Shown piece after piece: positions 13,401 to 28,645 of a DNA stretch of 64,000 bases (its first letter is position 1; every line of letters begins with the position of its first letter). Origin of the DNA: Chrysomallon squamiferum (taxonomy: Eukaryota > Animalia > Mollusca). The stretch spans positions 15,748,001 through 15,812,000 of the forward strand of contig CM022667.1 of assembly GCA_012295275.1 (NCBI GenBank), read 5' to 3'. The position numbers and the translations under genes are program-made. A model generated the notes under the pieces. It ran no database searches. It saw nothing but the letters and a program-made list of their open reading frames with translations, and had not been told where the DNA came from.

Positions 13401-14185
13401 ATTAGTTTCAGGATAACTACAATGATTGAGTTGATTTAAGAAAGAGACAGCCATAATGAATTCGGCCCTGTCTTTACCTTGGTCAATGACGTTTTCTCAA
13501 AACAATACAAATAAAATATTTTACTTGCAGTATACAGTTTTAAAGAATGTATCATGTTTTGCTATACAAATAAAGATTTAATTGAAGTCAAAAAAAAAAA
13601 AAAAAAAAACAACAACAGTGGGTGAACACTTACAGTTTGTAAGAGTGTGAAATATCCAAATACTGAGATACTATCTCCGGAAAAGTCACTATTTCAACTT
13701 GAATAACCTATCGTTTCAAGGAAAGGGGGCTGGAAATCATCCAGCCGTTTAGTAAATGACGGTCAAGTGAGAGCGAAATGTTACATAAACCTTGTCGTAT
13801 ACAGACAAGCCATCCGTAGCGATCTTGTGTTATAATAGATACCACTATAACGTTCTCCTATATGAATAAAGTTTTGAGTTACAAAAACATCAGAGATCCA
13901 TTATGGAAAAGCTTTATTATTTTAATTTTACTATTTTATTTAATTATTTTCGTATTTTGTATTTAATTTTTGTCGCTCACGGGTGTAATCATAACAGCAG
14001 GAGTAGAAGCAGTAGCAGCAGTACTAACAGTAGATGTACAGCTGTAGTAATATAATACTACTTGCTGTTGTTATGGTTGTAGTAGGATTACTATTGCCCT
14101 GTCCACCATTTTCTCTCAGTGACTCTGTATTTTTCTGTCCCCGATCTACTTTAGTTTAACACAAATAACGTTTTGTATCCAGTCG

Positions 14186-14378
14186 ATATTTAAGAACACA
14201 TAGAACGAGAATGTTTATATTCACATTTAAAAACAAATAGAACGAGAATGTTTATATTCATATTTAAGAACAAATAGAACGAGAAATTATATATTCATAT
14301 TTAAGAACAAACAGAATGAGAATGTTTATATTCATAATTAAGAACAAAGAGAACGAGAATATTTATATTCATAATTAA
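14186..14378. repeat. 37-bp minisatellite copy
   Basis: Same unit as 9376-9565. Confidence 0.9.
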
Positions 14379-14859
14379 AAAAAGCCAGAAGGAAAGAATG
14401 TTTGGAAACACATAGAAAAACTAGAAAGAGTGAGTGCTGCAGACACAAAACTACATCAACGAAAGAAGCAGCATATCAAACAATTTCTAGAGAAGAATAA
14501 AAAAATGTTTTATAAAACGTAATATTTATTTGAAATCATGATCTAAAATTGAAGTGTTTGATATTTACATCTTAGTGATAGATTAGTGTGCAGTTGTCAG
14601 AATTCTGAAACCTTTGATATGACTAAATGAATAAATAAATGACTGAACAGATGAGATAAATCAAAGTAAATACTTCTTCAAACTGAAAACTCCAGTTATG
14701 TTCTCACTTCATTTGAATAGTTTGGTTGGTAACAACGCTGAAAGTGTAAACTGTAAACAGTAAACTACAGATTCTTTGCAGATCAAGTAGCGAAAAATTA
14801 TTTCTTTGAAAACTTGACTGCGGAAAGGATTTAATACATTCAAAGTATATCAAAATATC

Positions 14860-15306
14860 TAACATTATAGTTTTGAAAGCTGATGATATACAAAACAACA
14901 ACAACAACAATAAGAACAACAAAATGAAGAATAAAGAGAACAGCAACAATAATAAATACAAAAACAACAACCAAAACAACGACAGTAATGATAAGAGAAC
15001 GAAGAAGAAGAAGAAGAACAACAACAACAACAGCAACAACAGCATAAATCATAATATTGATTCTGCTGTTTAAGATGTTTCGGACTAAAATCTCTAATAT
15101 AAACCGTTATTTTTAAATATGATCTCAACAGTGACAAGTTACACGTCACAAACAATCTTCATTTGTAATGCATATCACAGTAACATACTTATATAAGAGC
15201 AGTGCATAGTTCTCAGTTACAAGGAGTATCAGACAGAGAAGCAGTTTTATTTTGTTTTGTTTTATTATATTTCTTCTTATTTTTTTGTATTCTCTCTTTA
15301 TTTATA

Positions 15307-15362
<56 letters not shown>

Positions 15363-16920
15363 GTTATTATTTTTATTTTTATTATTTTTATTATTATTGT
15401 TATTATTTTATTTTTATTATCATTTTTATTTTATTTTAATTGTCAGGAGTTTGAATCGACCACTTTAACAAAAAACAGTATCAGTGATAAATTAACTGGT
15501 CTCTTGTACTAACTTCAATTATTGAGTTTAGTGGACTTTCTAAAGTCAAAGCTGGAGAAGTGGAATACAACGACAACAACACCAACAATAATAATAACAA
15601 TAACAATAATAACATCAATACTACTACTACTAATAATAAAGATAATGATAATAATAATAGCCAGAAAAACAACAACAACAACAATAGCAACAACGGAATA
15701 ATTAAGAAAGAAAACTTTGAATACTTTTTCAGAAATCCTGACATTGAAGCATTCGATATTTCTTAGAAACTGTTTTAATTTGATATGAGGTAAAATTATC
15801 TTTAATAGTAAGCTGCTAAATGTAGGACATAACTTGTCTTTAACAAACTTTCTCAGATATAATGATTTTTGTCTTCTTTTGTTTTCGAATGGATATCCGT
15901 AGGAATGAATTTTCAGTCAGCGTTTGAGTAGCTGAAGCTTAAATCATTTAATGATCAATTAATTAAACTTTAATTTAATCCGATAATTCTAAAATTATTG
16001 ATAATTTAATAGGCCTTCTAAGAGTGTTGAAAGTGGATGATATACAAAACAACAACAGCAATAATAAGAAGAACAACAAAACAAAACAAAAAACAGCAAC
16101 AATAATAACAACAAAAACAACGACAGTAATAATAAGAGAATGAAGAAGAAGAACAGGAAAAACAACAACAACAACAGCAAAAACAACAACAGCAATAATA
16201 ATAATAATAAGGTTTTTGTTGCTGTATAAGATATTTCGTACTAAAATCTTCTCTAACACAAACTATTTCTTTTAAATATGATCGTAACAGGGATAACTCA
16301 CACGTCATAAACAATCTTCTGTTGTAATGCATATCACAGTAACACAATGCGTAGTTCTCAGTTATTAGGAGAATCAGACAGAGAAGAAGTTTTAATTTGT
16401 TTTGTTTTATCTTATTTTGTCTCAATTTTTTATTATCTTTAATTATTATTATTATTACTATTCTTATTATTATTATTATTATTTTTATATTTTAATGTTC
16501 ACGAGTTTCTTTCGACCTCTTTAATGAAAACAGACGCAGTGATCAGTTAATTAAATTTTTGTATAAACAATAACAGCAACAATAACAACAGCAGTAACAA
16601 CGGAACAATTAAGAAAGAAAACTTTGAATACTTTATCAGAAATCTTAACAGTCAAGCATACTATATTTCTTAGAAACTGATTTAATTTGATATGAGGTAA
16701 AACTAATTTTAATAGTAAGCTGCTACATGTAGGACATAACTTGTCTTTAACAAAGTTTCTGAAATCTAATGATTTCGTTTTCTTGCCTTTTTTGGATGGG
16801 TTGTTTCTCGGTTAGTATATTTGCTGGTGTTGCTGTTGCAGTACTTATTGCTGCTGGGTTTTATATCAGTTTTATATATTATAACTAAAAAATAAAATGA
16901 AAAGATTTTTCAAAATTAAC
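14860..16920. repeat. Two composite ~1.1 kb satellite modules
   Basis: Same conserved blocks as 5805-9090. Confidence 0.85.
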
Positions 16921-18270
16921 ACCACAGACGGTTTTTGGAGTATATTAGTTTCAGGATAACTACAATGATTCAGTTGATTTAAGAAAGAGACAGCCATAAT
17001 GAATTCGGCCATTTCGTTACATGGTTCAATGACGTTTTCTCAAAACAACACAATTAAAACATTTTACTTGCAGCATACAATTTTAAAGAATGTATCACGT
17101 TTTGCTATACAAATAAAGATTTAACTGAAGTCAAGAAAAAACAAAAAAACATCGGATGAATACTTACAGTTTGTAAGAGTGTTAAATATCCAAATTATTG
17201 AAATACTAACTCCAGGAAACTGGATTTCTGAAAAGTCACGTTTTCAAGTTGAAAAACCTATCTTTTCAGCGAAAGGGGACTAGAAATCATCCAGCCGTTT
17301 AGTAAATGACGGTCAAATCAGACCACAGTATGTAACATAAACCGGGTCGTGTACAGACAATCTACCCGTAGCGATCTTTTGTTATAATAGATACCACAAT
17401 AACGTTCTCCTATAAGAACATCGTTTTGAGTTACACAAACATCAGAGATCCATTATGGAGAAGCTTTACTATTTTTATTTTACTATTTTGTTTAGTTATT
17501 TTCTTACTTTGTGTTTAATTTTTTTCGTTCACGGGTGTAATCATAACAGCAGGACTATAAGCAGTAGCAGCAGTACTAACTGTAGATGTACAGCTGTAGT
17601 AATATAATACTGCTTGCTGTTGTTATGGTTGTAGTAGGATTACTATTGGCCTGTCCACCATTTTCTCTCAGTCATTTCGCCTAATGCCTGAAATGTTTAG
17701 ACATTTACCCTAACGCCCAAGACCGTCAGGCATTTGGCCTAATGACTAAAATTTACAGGAATTAGGCCAAACGACTGAAATGGACCTATAGTCAGTGAAT
17801 GAAAAAGAACGGTTTTGAGTTGGATTAAAACAATTATTTCGAAACACACCAAGTAGTGTTCTATTTATTACAGCAGTTTAAAATTGAGTGATGTCTTCAA
17901 CTGCTGAAAACGTGTCATCAACATCTACAATTTTCATAGCCTCACTCAGAACATTATTAGGACTTGCACAAGACAAATAACCAATTACAGCATAATATAT
18001 CATTTGAACTGTAATTGTCAATGATGATAATGATAGCAATCGTTTTCCACAGAAAGAATATAATCATTCAGGCGTTTCGTCAGTGCTGTTCAAACAAATA
18101 TTAATGACGTCTGGATTTATCTCACACTGATCATCTTTTGCTAGAAAAAATCCAAGATCATATTCGCATTCATATTGAACAACCAAAAAATTCTCGAAGT
18201 TGACACCTGAATGAATAGCTTTATTAATTAACAAAGAAACCGTTAACCAGAAAAAAGAAACAAACAAAAA

Positions 18271-18310
<40 letters not shown>

Positions 18311-19567
18311 GTTCTTATTATTTTGCATTAAACAAATATTCCGATATAAGGTGTTGCAGGTTTATTTACAGATACTCTGTATTAATCTTACGAAATGATG
18401 ACATTTAAAAAATAAAATCACAATTTGAAGTCAGTTTCTCAAAGTCAAAGATATTGAATGTTTTAAACAACATAACTGTTTTCAAACGTAATGCAAACAT
18501 CCTGAAATATTTTCTTTACATTTCGCATTTCGATTTTGATGTTGAAGAAAATTCTCCGATTGAGGTAAATTCAAGAAGAAGAAAACAGGAAAAGAAGAAA
18601 AGAAAACTAAAACTGTTATTAATTTTCTTAACAACAACAACAACATTAGAATGTAAATAGAAATTAGTAATTTATTACAACTTTAAAAAACCCACATCAT
18701 TATAATCCACTTTTCCTTTCTTTTAATGTCATTTGTTAGATAAATGATATTTACAAAGAAACAAAACAACATCTATATACATCATTATGATTCAAACCAG
18801 TTTAAAATATTCGATTCATCAGCTGAACCATTTTAATATATGTGTCATGAGATAAAGATATTTTAGTATTAGAGTCGTGTGATACACGATTCCTAATATA
18901 CGCAATTTTAAAATGCGAGTTGTGAGATCATGAGATCAACTGTTTTAACAAATGACTCATGAGATAATAAAAATATTTTAACATATGCCTCGTGAGATAA
19001 ACTATTTTAATAATTATATCAGTTGTGAGATAAACTAATTTAATATAGCAGTCGTGATATAAAACTGTTGCAGAATACCAGACATGATTAGAGGCAAACA
19101 ACTCAAAGAAGGATCAAGTTTCGTAACACTAACGTCAGGCGTAACTCATTTACGATTAATCTGCAAACTAGGACAAACACTTATCTGCTTGCAGTATACT
19201 TTCATGAAATAGATAACTTTATTGGTCTGTTGACTGATTAATACCAACCGATACTTGGTTTTACTTTTCAAGATACTATCTAATATACATCTAAAAAGAT
19301 TGCTTTTTGACAAATCCTATCCAGTTTATTTCATATAAACACTGAAAAGTATTCGTTGTTTAATAAAACCTTCAAAACTTGACAATTCAAGTTCAGCTAT
19401 GGAAACCAAAAATAGTTTGGAATATATGCGTTTCACACGTAATGTTTCACTCGAGGTATATATAAATAATAAACGAAGAAAACGAAGTTCTCAAGCTTAT
19501 CTCAACATATTACATTCTCCTAATTCATGGAGTAAATCTGTTCAAATGCAGAGAAAAAACTGTATTT

Positions 19568-20937
19568 TCAGTTTTGCTTAGTCTTAGCTACCTTCAATTC
19601 AGTCACCTCCATTACTGGACCTATTGGTGGAAGCTCGTCTTTGTAAGTGTTGAGCAATGTCAAGGCCAGAGACAACGCCTTCGAGCCGTTGTTAGTAAGT
19701 AAAACATTGCGAACACTTCGTGTCCACGTGTTGTGAAAAGAAGAAAGTTTCTTGTTCTCGTTGTCAATCAACACGTGTGGTATGTTGAGCAGCGTGCTTA
19801 AGATATGTCCGTGAAGTCGATCAGTGATGACCACGCGTCCTCGCTGCAGAAACACAAACCCGTTGTTCGCCATTAGGAAAGCATTTTCCATGGTTGTTGT
19901 GCCACTAGGCGTTTTCCAATTCAACCAGTCGGCTACGTGAACCGTTATGTTGTTTGGTATCTCGTTTTTATCAGTCAAGTAACCGGGACTCTCTTTATCA
20001 GTACGTTTCAACCAAAGGATGTCATATGTAGGTGACATGAAGCGACGAACTTCACCAATCTGAAAAGCCATGTCTGGTGCTAATATAAATTTAGTTAGGT
20101 TCTTGTCCCAGTATTTCAGAGCGATGTTCAACGACTGTCTGTCTCTGAGAAGTATCGTCAGGTTAGGATTACAGCAGTAAAGTTTCTTACACAAATCAAA
20201 GTGATTCCCGCTGTACACGTTGTGAGGAACGAAAATACTCTGAGAGAAAATAATTAATTTGAAACCGTCGAATCTTGGAATAATATCTCTCCTGAGCTTA
20301 TCACTGAATGAGTATCCAACAAAATTCCCTCCTCCATGAAACAATATGACAAGTTCATCCTTGGAATATTTCTTACTTAAATTTTCCGCATATTCTTGTG
20401 ACTGCTTTTTTTCACAATCGTAGCACAAGCAGTAAAATACAAGTTTAATTCGCAGACGTCTTAGAAAGTAAACTTCACCAACTGTGATGGCAGAATCACC
20501 TTTGTTCTCAGAAGCTGAAACATCAAAGAGAAATGCGTATTTAAATGTACCTAGAAGATGCTGAAATAACTCAAACTGGATTCTTTGAGTTTCGTGGATA
20601 ACTTCTTTAGATGTAGACAAAAGAGGAGATAAGACATTTGTATTGTACACATGTTCACTAAGATTCCAGCGGAGAAATGTTTCGATTTCTTTCTTGTGTT
20701 CAGCCAAATAATTTTCATTCAGATCTGGATAGAGCTGTTCTTTGTTCACTAGTTGGCGTGATTCAGCACCAAACGATCTGTCCTGAAAATCCCTTCTGTA
20801 TTCGTTATTTAAAATGACAGGTTTGAGTCGTTGTGTTTGTTGTACTCTGAATAAGAGAATTGACATCCCAGTGAAGAGAAGAATTGAAAACACGAACATT
20901 TCGATTCGTCGAGTACAAAACTTTGGTTTTGTTGAAC
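19568..20937 (-). CDS. Copy 2 exon 3: polysaccharide pyruvyl transferase domain with type-II anchor
   Basis: Same motifs as copy 1; acceptor ttttcag|GT at 20938/20937; 1370 nt like copy 1. Confidence 0.88.
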
Positions 20938-21151
20938 CTGAAAACAGATTACATAGGAGTAAAGATAAATGTACACACAGGTTAACTTTTACTGAAGTGT
21001 AAAAGAAAACCCATCTTTTTATAAAATAGAAATAAAAATGAGTGTTAAAAGAAATTAAATTATTGATATCCTTGTACAAAGATGTATCATGAAATGTGTG
21101 TCAATCGGTATATGATGAATGACAGCGACAAAGAAACAATCAAATGACTCA

Positions 21152-21253
<102 letters not shown>

Positions 21254-21278
21254 GTGACTTAACGAATAACAATTTCAC

Positions 21279-22176
21279 CTGAAACGGCAGGCTCAGATTT
21301 GTTTTCATCACGTAGAAGAAGTTTTTCTCGTATGAAGATAACAAGTCCCAGCGTGCAGACACCCAACCCACTGAAGTTCCACACAGTCGCATGTCTTTGT
21401 CCAGACAGGTAGAGTAGAAAAATCACAGTTATTCTTTTCAAGATGTTGCTGATGGCGTGACTCAACACAGACATGTACCGCAGCACGACGTTCGTAGACA
21501 AATAAGAGTAGACGACGTGGAGGATGCTGGATGACAGCAGTGTAATCATAGTCAACGTGGTTGTCGTAGGAAGCAATCCTTTCAGTTCGATAATATACAT
21601 TACTAGGACTAACATAACCATACCAGCTGCAACACAGGAGATGTACACTACAGGACGCAGTCGTATTTCTTTAGATGTTTGATGTCCTGATTTCATGGCA
21701 ACGTTTCTTGCAGCTATCATGATGTTCGATGTGAATGCCATCACTGCACCTATGGACATCAACGACGTTACAAACGGGTTACCTGTGAAACCTACGGCAC
21801 CGAATACAATTAATGGCAGACTTGCTAGTGTTGATGCTGATGTTGATGTCGTTAGGAAAATACGTTGTAGTAGAGCTGTGGTGATGGGTTCCATTAATTT
21901 GATTGCAAACGTTGATGATGCATGGATAAAAGACATGCTGCAGTTTGTAGCGAACGTGCCTGCGATGTGTGATAGAATAACGACGTAGGACACGTTGTCA
22001 TGTTGTTGCTGAACGTCCACAAAAGAATAACATGTCGCAGTTTGAAAGATTGTTAGAATGAGGGACAAATAAAGTCCTTGACCTTGTACGTTGACCAAGT
22101 CAGAGTGGAGAAACAATCTGGCACATTGATGACAGAGATAAGAGGTCAAAGTCCACATGACGAAAACCAGTACAAT
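21279..22176 (-). CDS. Copy 2 exon 2: TPT/PEP-translocator-like transporter
   Basis: Near-identical to copy 1; donor CAG|GTGAAA at 21279/21278; 898 nt. Confidence 0.82.
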
Positions 22177-22432
22177 CTGAAGAATGAGAAATTTGGAAAT
22201 GCAAATATTACTTGAAACATCTACACGTTCATGAAAGTAAATGTTCGAAGTACTAATCGCAGCTTTTTCATTGTTAACTAACCCCTATACACTTGTATTA
22301 AAATGTCAGTATGTGAAACCAAAATTAGTTAATGAAATATGACAACTGAGATATGATTTTATTTTTCAAGTATTTGAAATATATATGTATGTTTAAAATA
22401 CTAAAAGAAATAAATAGCTATACAAAATACCT

Positions 22433-22553
<121 letters not shown>

Positions 22554-22555
22554 AC

Positions 22556-22576
22556 CTGCGGAGTGACTTTATCCAT
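22556..22576 (-). CDS. Copy 2 exon 1 (MDKVTPQ)
   Basis: ATG...CCG CAG|GTAAGA, a strong consensus donor, phase 0. Confidence 0.62.
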
Positions 22577-23224
22577 TTCAAGGAATGATGTTTTAATCTG
22601 ATGGTACTCAGTTTTTCACAGAAAATGCTGATAGACTCTGAAAATAACATAAATGTCGTAAGTACCCTGTTTTTCTTGTTATAATTGTGATGTAAAGTTT
22701 ATTTTTTGAAAATACAATATAACATTTTAATGTATAATTCATTCAGTATGTCATATAAGGTAAACCAGACGGAGACTAACTGGAAGTTAATTAGCAGGAG
22801 TGGGGATGTTGTTTCTTACAACTAATATCGGTGATGTTGTGTTTAGGAGTTTTTATTTCATTTTTTTATTTTATTTCATAAAGCTGTTACACGCTATTGC
22901 AACAGTCTCACGTCGTTCTCACAGAAGAATCATAAATGCTCTATGTTGTTACGAGTGTTTAAACAGTGATGGGAGAGGTGTGCGGCTGATGCTTCCTAGT
23001 GGGCATTTGACAGTTTAGTGTGTTGTACGCTTGGCCTGTTTTGGACGATGGTTTGCGTCGATTTGCTCTTGATCAAGCGGTGGCGTTTTACTTCACACAG
23101 ATTACGTTTCTTATTTTTGTGCTTTGTTTATTATAATGTGTTATTCTGTGTGTGCTGTATTCCACAAACGAATGTGTATCCGTAGGAATTAATTTTCGAT
23201 CATGGTTTGAGTAGCTCAACCTTA

Positions 23225-23623
23225 AAGCATTTAATGATCAATTAATTCAACTTTTATTTAAACTTTAAGAGATATGATTTAAGTTTGATCCGATAATTCT
23301 AAAATTGTTGAGAATTTAATAGACCTTGTACCATTACAGTGTTGAAAGTAAATGATATACAAAACAACAGTAACTACAATAAGAAGAACAAAAACAAGAA
23401 CAAAGAGAACAGCAACAATAATAATAAGAGAAACAAAAACGAAAACGACAGTAATGATAAGAGAATGAAGAAGAAGAAGAAGAAGTAGAAGAAGAAGAAT
23501 ATTAATGTTTGAATCGACCACTTTAATAAAAAACAGTCTCAGTGATAAATTAACTGATCTTTTGTATAAACTTTTGAATTATTGGGTTTAATGGACTTTT
23601 TAAAGTCAAAGCTAGACAAGTGT

Positions 23624-23711
<88 letters not shown>

Positions 23712-24987
23712 GTATTTTAATGTTCACGAGTTTCTTTCGACCACTTTAATGAAAACAGATGCAGTGATCAGTTAATTTAAATTTTGTATAAACAATAACA
23801 ACAACAGTAACAAAAACACTAAGAAAAGCAGTAACAACAACAATAATAATAACAATAATAATAGTAACAATAACAATAATAAAGATAATGATAATAATAA
23901 GAATAACAACAACAACAACAACAACAACCACTGAACAATTAAGAAAGAAAATTGAATACTTTTTCAGAAATCTTAACCGTCAAGCATTCTATATTTCTTA
24001 GAATCTGATTTAATTTGATATGAGGTAAAACTAATTTTAATAGTAAGCTGCTACATGTAGGACATAACTTGTCTTTCACAATGTTTCTTAAATATAATGA
24101 TTTCATTTTCTTGTTGTTGTTGGCTGGATTGTTTCTGGGTTAGTGTATTTACTGTTGTTGCTGTTGCTGTTATTATTGCTACTGCGTTTTATATCAGTTA
24201 TATTTATTATAACTAAAAAATAAAATGAAAAGATATTTCAAAATTAATGCAACAGAGGGTTTTTTATAAAGCTGTTTTTTTCATAAAGCGTTTAAGTAGC
24301 TCAAGCTTAAATCATTTAATGATCAATTAATTAAACTTTTATTTAAACTAAAAAATATGATTTAACTTTGATCCGATAATTCTAAAATTGTTGAGAATTT
24401 AATAGGCCTTCTACCATTACAGTGTTGAAAGTGGATGATATAGAAAACAACAAGCACAACAATAAGAACAACAACAAGCAAAACAACGACAGTAATGACA
24501 AGAGAATGAAGAAGAAGAAGAATAACAATAAAATGAATAACACTAATTATGTTTTTGCTGGTATTTAAGATGTTTTGGACTAAAATTTTCTCTAACATAA
24601 ACCATTATTTTTAAATATGATCTTAACAGGGATAACTCACAAGTCACAATTAATCTTCTATTGTAATGCATACCATATTAATTTGTGTAAGAGCAAAGCA
24701 TAGTTATTAGCAGTATCAGAGGGAGAAGCATAGTTTTATTTTGTTTTGTTATATTTTATTTTGTCTTATTCTATTTTATTATCTTTATTTATTTATTTTT
24801 ATTACTATTACTACTATTACTACTACTATTATTATTTTTATTATTTTATTTTATTTTATTTTAATATTCAGTCGACCACTTTAATAAAAACAGACGCAGT
24901 CATCAGTTGAACTTTTGAAACAACAGTAATAATAATAACAATAACAATAACGATGATAAAGATAATACTAATAATAATAGCAACAGC

Positions 24988-25027
<40 letters not shown>

Positions 25028-25230
25028 TGAGGTAAAATTAAGTTTAATAGTCTGCTTCTACACGTAGGACATAAATTGTCTTTAACAAAGTTTCTCAGAT
25101 ATAATTATTTTGTTTTCTTGTTGTTTTTGTTCGCTGGGTTGTTTCTGGGTTAGTATATTTGCTGGTGTTGTTGTTGCTGTTGTTATAGCTGCTGGGTTTT
25201 AAATAAAATAAAAATATATTCCAAAATTAA
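23225..25230. repeat. Composite satellite modules
   Basis: Same conserved blocks as 5805-9090. Confidence 0.8.
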
Positions 25231-26041
25231 CACCACAGAGGGTTTCTAGAGTATATTAGTTTGAGGAGAACTACAGCGATACAGTTGATTTAACAAAGAG
25301 ACATCCATAATGAATTCGGCCGTCTCGTTACATGGTTCATTCACGTTTTCTCAAAACAACACAAATAAAACATTTTACTTGCAGCATACAAGTTTAAAGA
25401 ATGTATCATGTTTTGCTATACAAATAAAGATTTAATTGAAGTCAAGAAAAAAAAAAGGGTGAATACTTACAGTTTGTAAGAGTGTAAAATATCCAAATTA
25501 CTGAAATACTATCTGTGGAAAACTGGATTTCTGAAAAGTCACGCTTTCAACTTGAATAATCTATCGTCTCAAGAAAAGGGGGCTAGAAATCATCCAGCCG
25601 TTTAATACATGACGGTCAAGTCAGACCAGAATATGTAACATAAACCGTTTCGAGTAAAGACAATCTACCCGTAGCGATCTTCTGTTGTAATAGATACCAC
25701 TATAACATTCTCCTATAAGAACAGAGTTTTGAATTAGCAAAAACATCAGAGATCCATAATGGAAAATCTTTATTATTTTTATTTTACTATTTTGTTTAGT
25801 TATTTTCGTATTTTGTATTTAATTTTTTTCGTTCACGGGTGTAATCATAACAGCAGGAGTAGAAGCAGTAGCAGCAGTACTAACAGTAAATGTACAGCTG
25901 TAGTAATATAATACTACTTGCTGTTGTTATGGTTGTAGTAGGATTACTATTGCCCTGTCCACTATTTTCTCTCAGTGACTCTGTATTTTTCTGTCCCCGA
26001 TCTACTTTAATTTAACACAAATAACGTTTTGTATCCAGTCG

Positions 26042-26275
26042 ATATTTAAGAACAAATAGAACGAGAATGTTTATATTCGCATTTAAAAACAAATAGAACA
26101 ATAATGTTGATATTCACATTTAAAAACAAATAGAACGAGAATTTTTATATTCACATTTAAAAGCAAATAGAACGAGAAAGTATATATTCATATTTAAGAA
26201 CAAATAGAACGAGAATGTTTATATTCATAATTAAGAACAAAGAGAACGAGAATGTTTATATTCATAATTAAGAAC
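26042..26275. repeat. 37-bp minisatellite copy (~6 units)
   Basis: Same unit as 9376-9565. Confidence 0.9.
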
Positions 26276-27082
26276 AGTCAGAAGGAGAGAATATTTGGAA
26301 ACACATAGAAAAACAAGAAAGAGTGTGTGCTGCAGATACAAAACTACATCAACGAAAAAAGCAGCATATCAAACAATTTCTGGAGAAGAATAAAAAAATG
26401 TTTTCAAAATACGTAATATTTGTTTTAAATCATGATCTAAAATTCAAGTGTTTGCTGTTTACATCTCAATGATAGATTAGTGTGCAGTTGTCAGAATTCT
26501 AAAATCTTTGGTATGACTAAATTAAAGAGCGACCTGAACAGATGAGATAAATCAAAGTAAACACTTCTTCAAACTGGAAACTCCAGTTATGTTCTCACTT
26601 CATTTGAATAGTTTGGTTGATAACAACGCTGAAAGTGTAAAGTGTAAACAGTAAACTACAGATCCTTTGCAGATCAAGTTGCGAAAAATTATTTCTTTGA
26701 AAACTTGATTGCCGAAAGGATTTAATTAATTCAAAGTATATCAAAATGCCACAAATCTGAACCTTTCGCTGAAGACAAAAATAAAATTCTGCTATTAGTA
26801 CTACTAATACTACTAATAGTAATGCAAATAACAGTTATCATAACACGAAAAAAACTATGAAAAAAATAGATAAAAAACAAAATAAATAAATAAATACATA
26901 AATAAATAAATCAATAAATCAATAAAAAAGAAAAAAAAAAAACAAATAAAGAAATAAATAAATAACACAAAGAGAAAAGAAGTAAGAAAATTGAGATACG
27001 TCTGCTTCTAAATACAGAATTGAAGTGATGAAAGCTCATACCTTAATGTCGGATATTCTGAGTTACTTTAAAGTTAACCTAC

Positions 27083-28015
27083 AAATTCAGTCACTAGACC
27101 TATTGGTGGAAGCCATCTTTGTAAGTGTTGAGCAATATCAAGGCCAGAGACAACGTCTGCGAGATGTCATTAGTCAGTAAAACATTTTGAACACTTCGTG
27201 TCCACGTGTTGTGAAAAGAAGAAAGTTTCTTGTTCTCGTTGTCAATCAACACGTGTGGTATGTTGAGCAGCGTGCTTAAGATATGTCCGTGAAGACGATC
27301 AGTGATGACCACACGTCCTCGCTGCAGAAATACAAACCCTGTTGTGTGCCATGGTTGTTATGACGCTGGTCGTTATCCAGTTCAACAAGTCGGCTACGTG
27401 AACCGTTACGGTTTTTGGTATCTTGTTTCTATCACACAAATAACCAGGGTTCTTACAGTAAGACCTCTGTAGCCAAAGATGACATAAATAAACGAAATTC
27501 ACCAATTTGAAAAGACATGTCCGGGACTAATATAAATTTAGTTAGGTTGTTGTTCTTGTATTTCAGAGCGATGTTTTAGCACTGTCTGTATCTGAGAATT
27601 ATCATCTGGTTAGGATTACAGCAGTGAAATTTCTTACATAAATCAAAGTGATTCCCGCTCTACTAGTTGTGAGGTACAAAAATACTCTGAAGGAAAATTA
27701 CTGAATTGAAGTCATCCAATATTGGAATACTAGTTTTTCTTATTTTATCATGGAGAAACTATCCTATAAAATTCCGTCCTCCAAGAAAGAATATTACAAG
27801 TTCATCCTTGGAATAATGTTTACTAAACTTTTGCGAATATCCTTATGACTCTTTAAAATATAAGTTTAATTCCCAGAGGTCTTAGAAAGTAAACTCCACC
27901 AACTGTAATGGCGGACTCACCTTTATTTTCACAAACTAAAATATGAAAGATAAATGCATATATAAATTTACCTAAGAGATGCTGAAATAACTCGACCTGA
28001 ATTCTTTGAGTTTCA
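27083..28015 (-). pseudogene. Pyruvyltransferase exon fragment, pseudogene B
   Basis: ORF pieces 27100-27312 (TDRLHGHILSTLL) and 27299-27505 are in different frames. Shared TAG at 27759-27761 and the same truncation point as pseudogene A. Confidence 0.88.
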
Positions 28016-28019
28016 GGTA

Positions 28020-28586
28020 TGATCAATTAATTAAACTTTTATTTAAACTTCAAAAAATATGATTTAAGTTTGATCCGATAATTCTAAACTTGTTGAGAAT
28101 TTAATAGCCTTCAAACATAACAGTTTTGAAAGTGGATGATATAGAAAACAACAACAACAACAACAACATCTTAAGAAGAACAAAAACAAGAACAAAGAGA
28201 ACAGCAACAATAATAACAACAAAAACAAAAACAACGACGGTAATGATAAGAGAATGAAGAAGAAGAAGAAGAACAACAACAACAACAACAACAACAGCAG
28301 CAATATTCATAATGTTCATGCTGCTGTTTAAGATGTTTCGGACTAAAATCTCTAACATAAACCGTTATTTTTAAATATGATCTCAACAGTGACAAGTTAC
28401 ACGTCACAAACAATCTTCATTTGTAATGCATATCACAGTAACATTCTTATATAAGAGCAGTGCATAGTTCTCAGTTACTAGGAGTATCAGACAGAGAAGC
28501 AGTTTTATTTTGTTTTGTTTTATTATATTTTTATTATATTTTTCCTCATTTCTATTTATTAATTTATTTTCTTATTTATTTATTTG

Positions 28587-28645
<59 letters not shown>

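Noticed and set aside
19399-19581. ORF METKNSLEY... repeated at 32644-32889
   Set aside because: Antisense to the 3' flank. Its recurrence is explained by the duplication, and it is deleted in copy 1.
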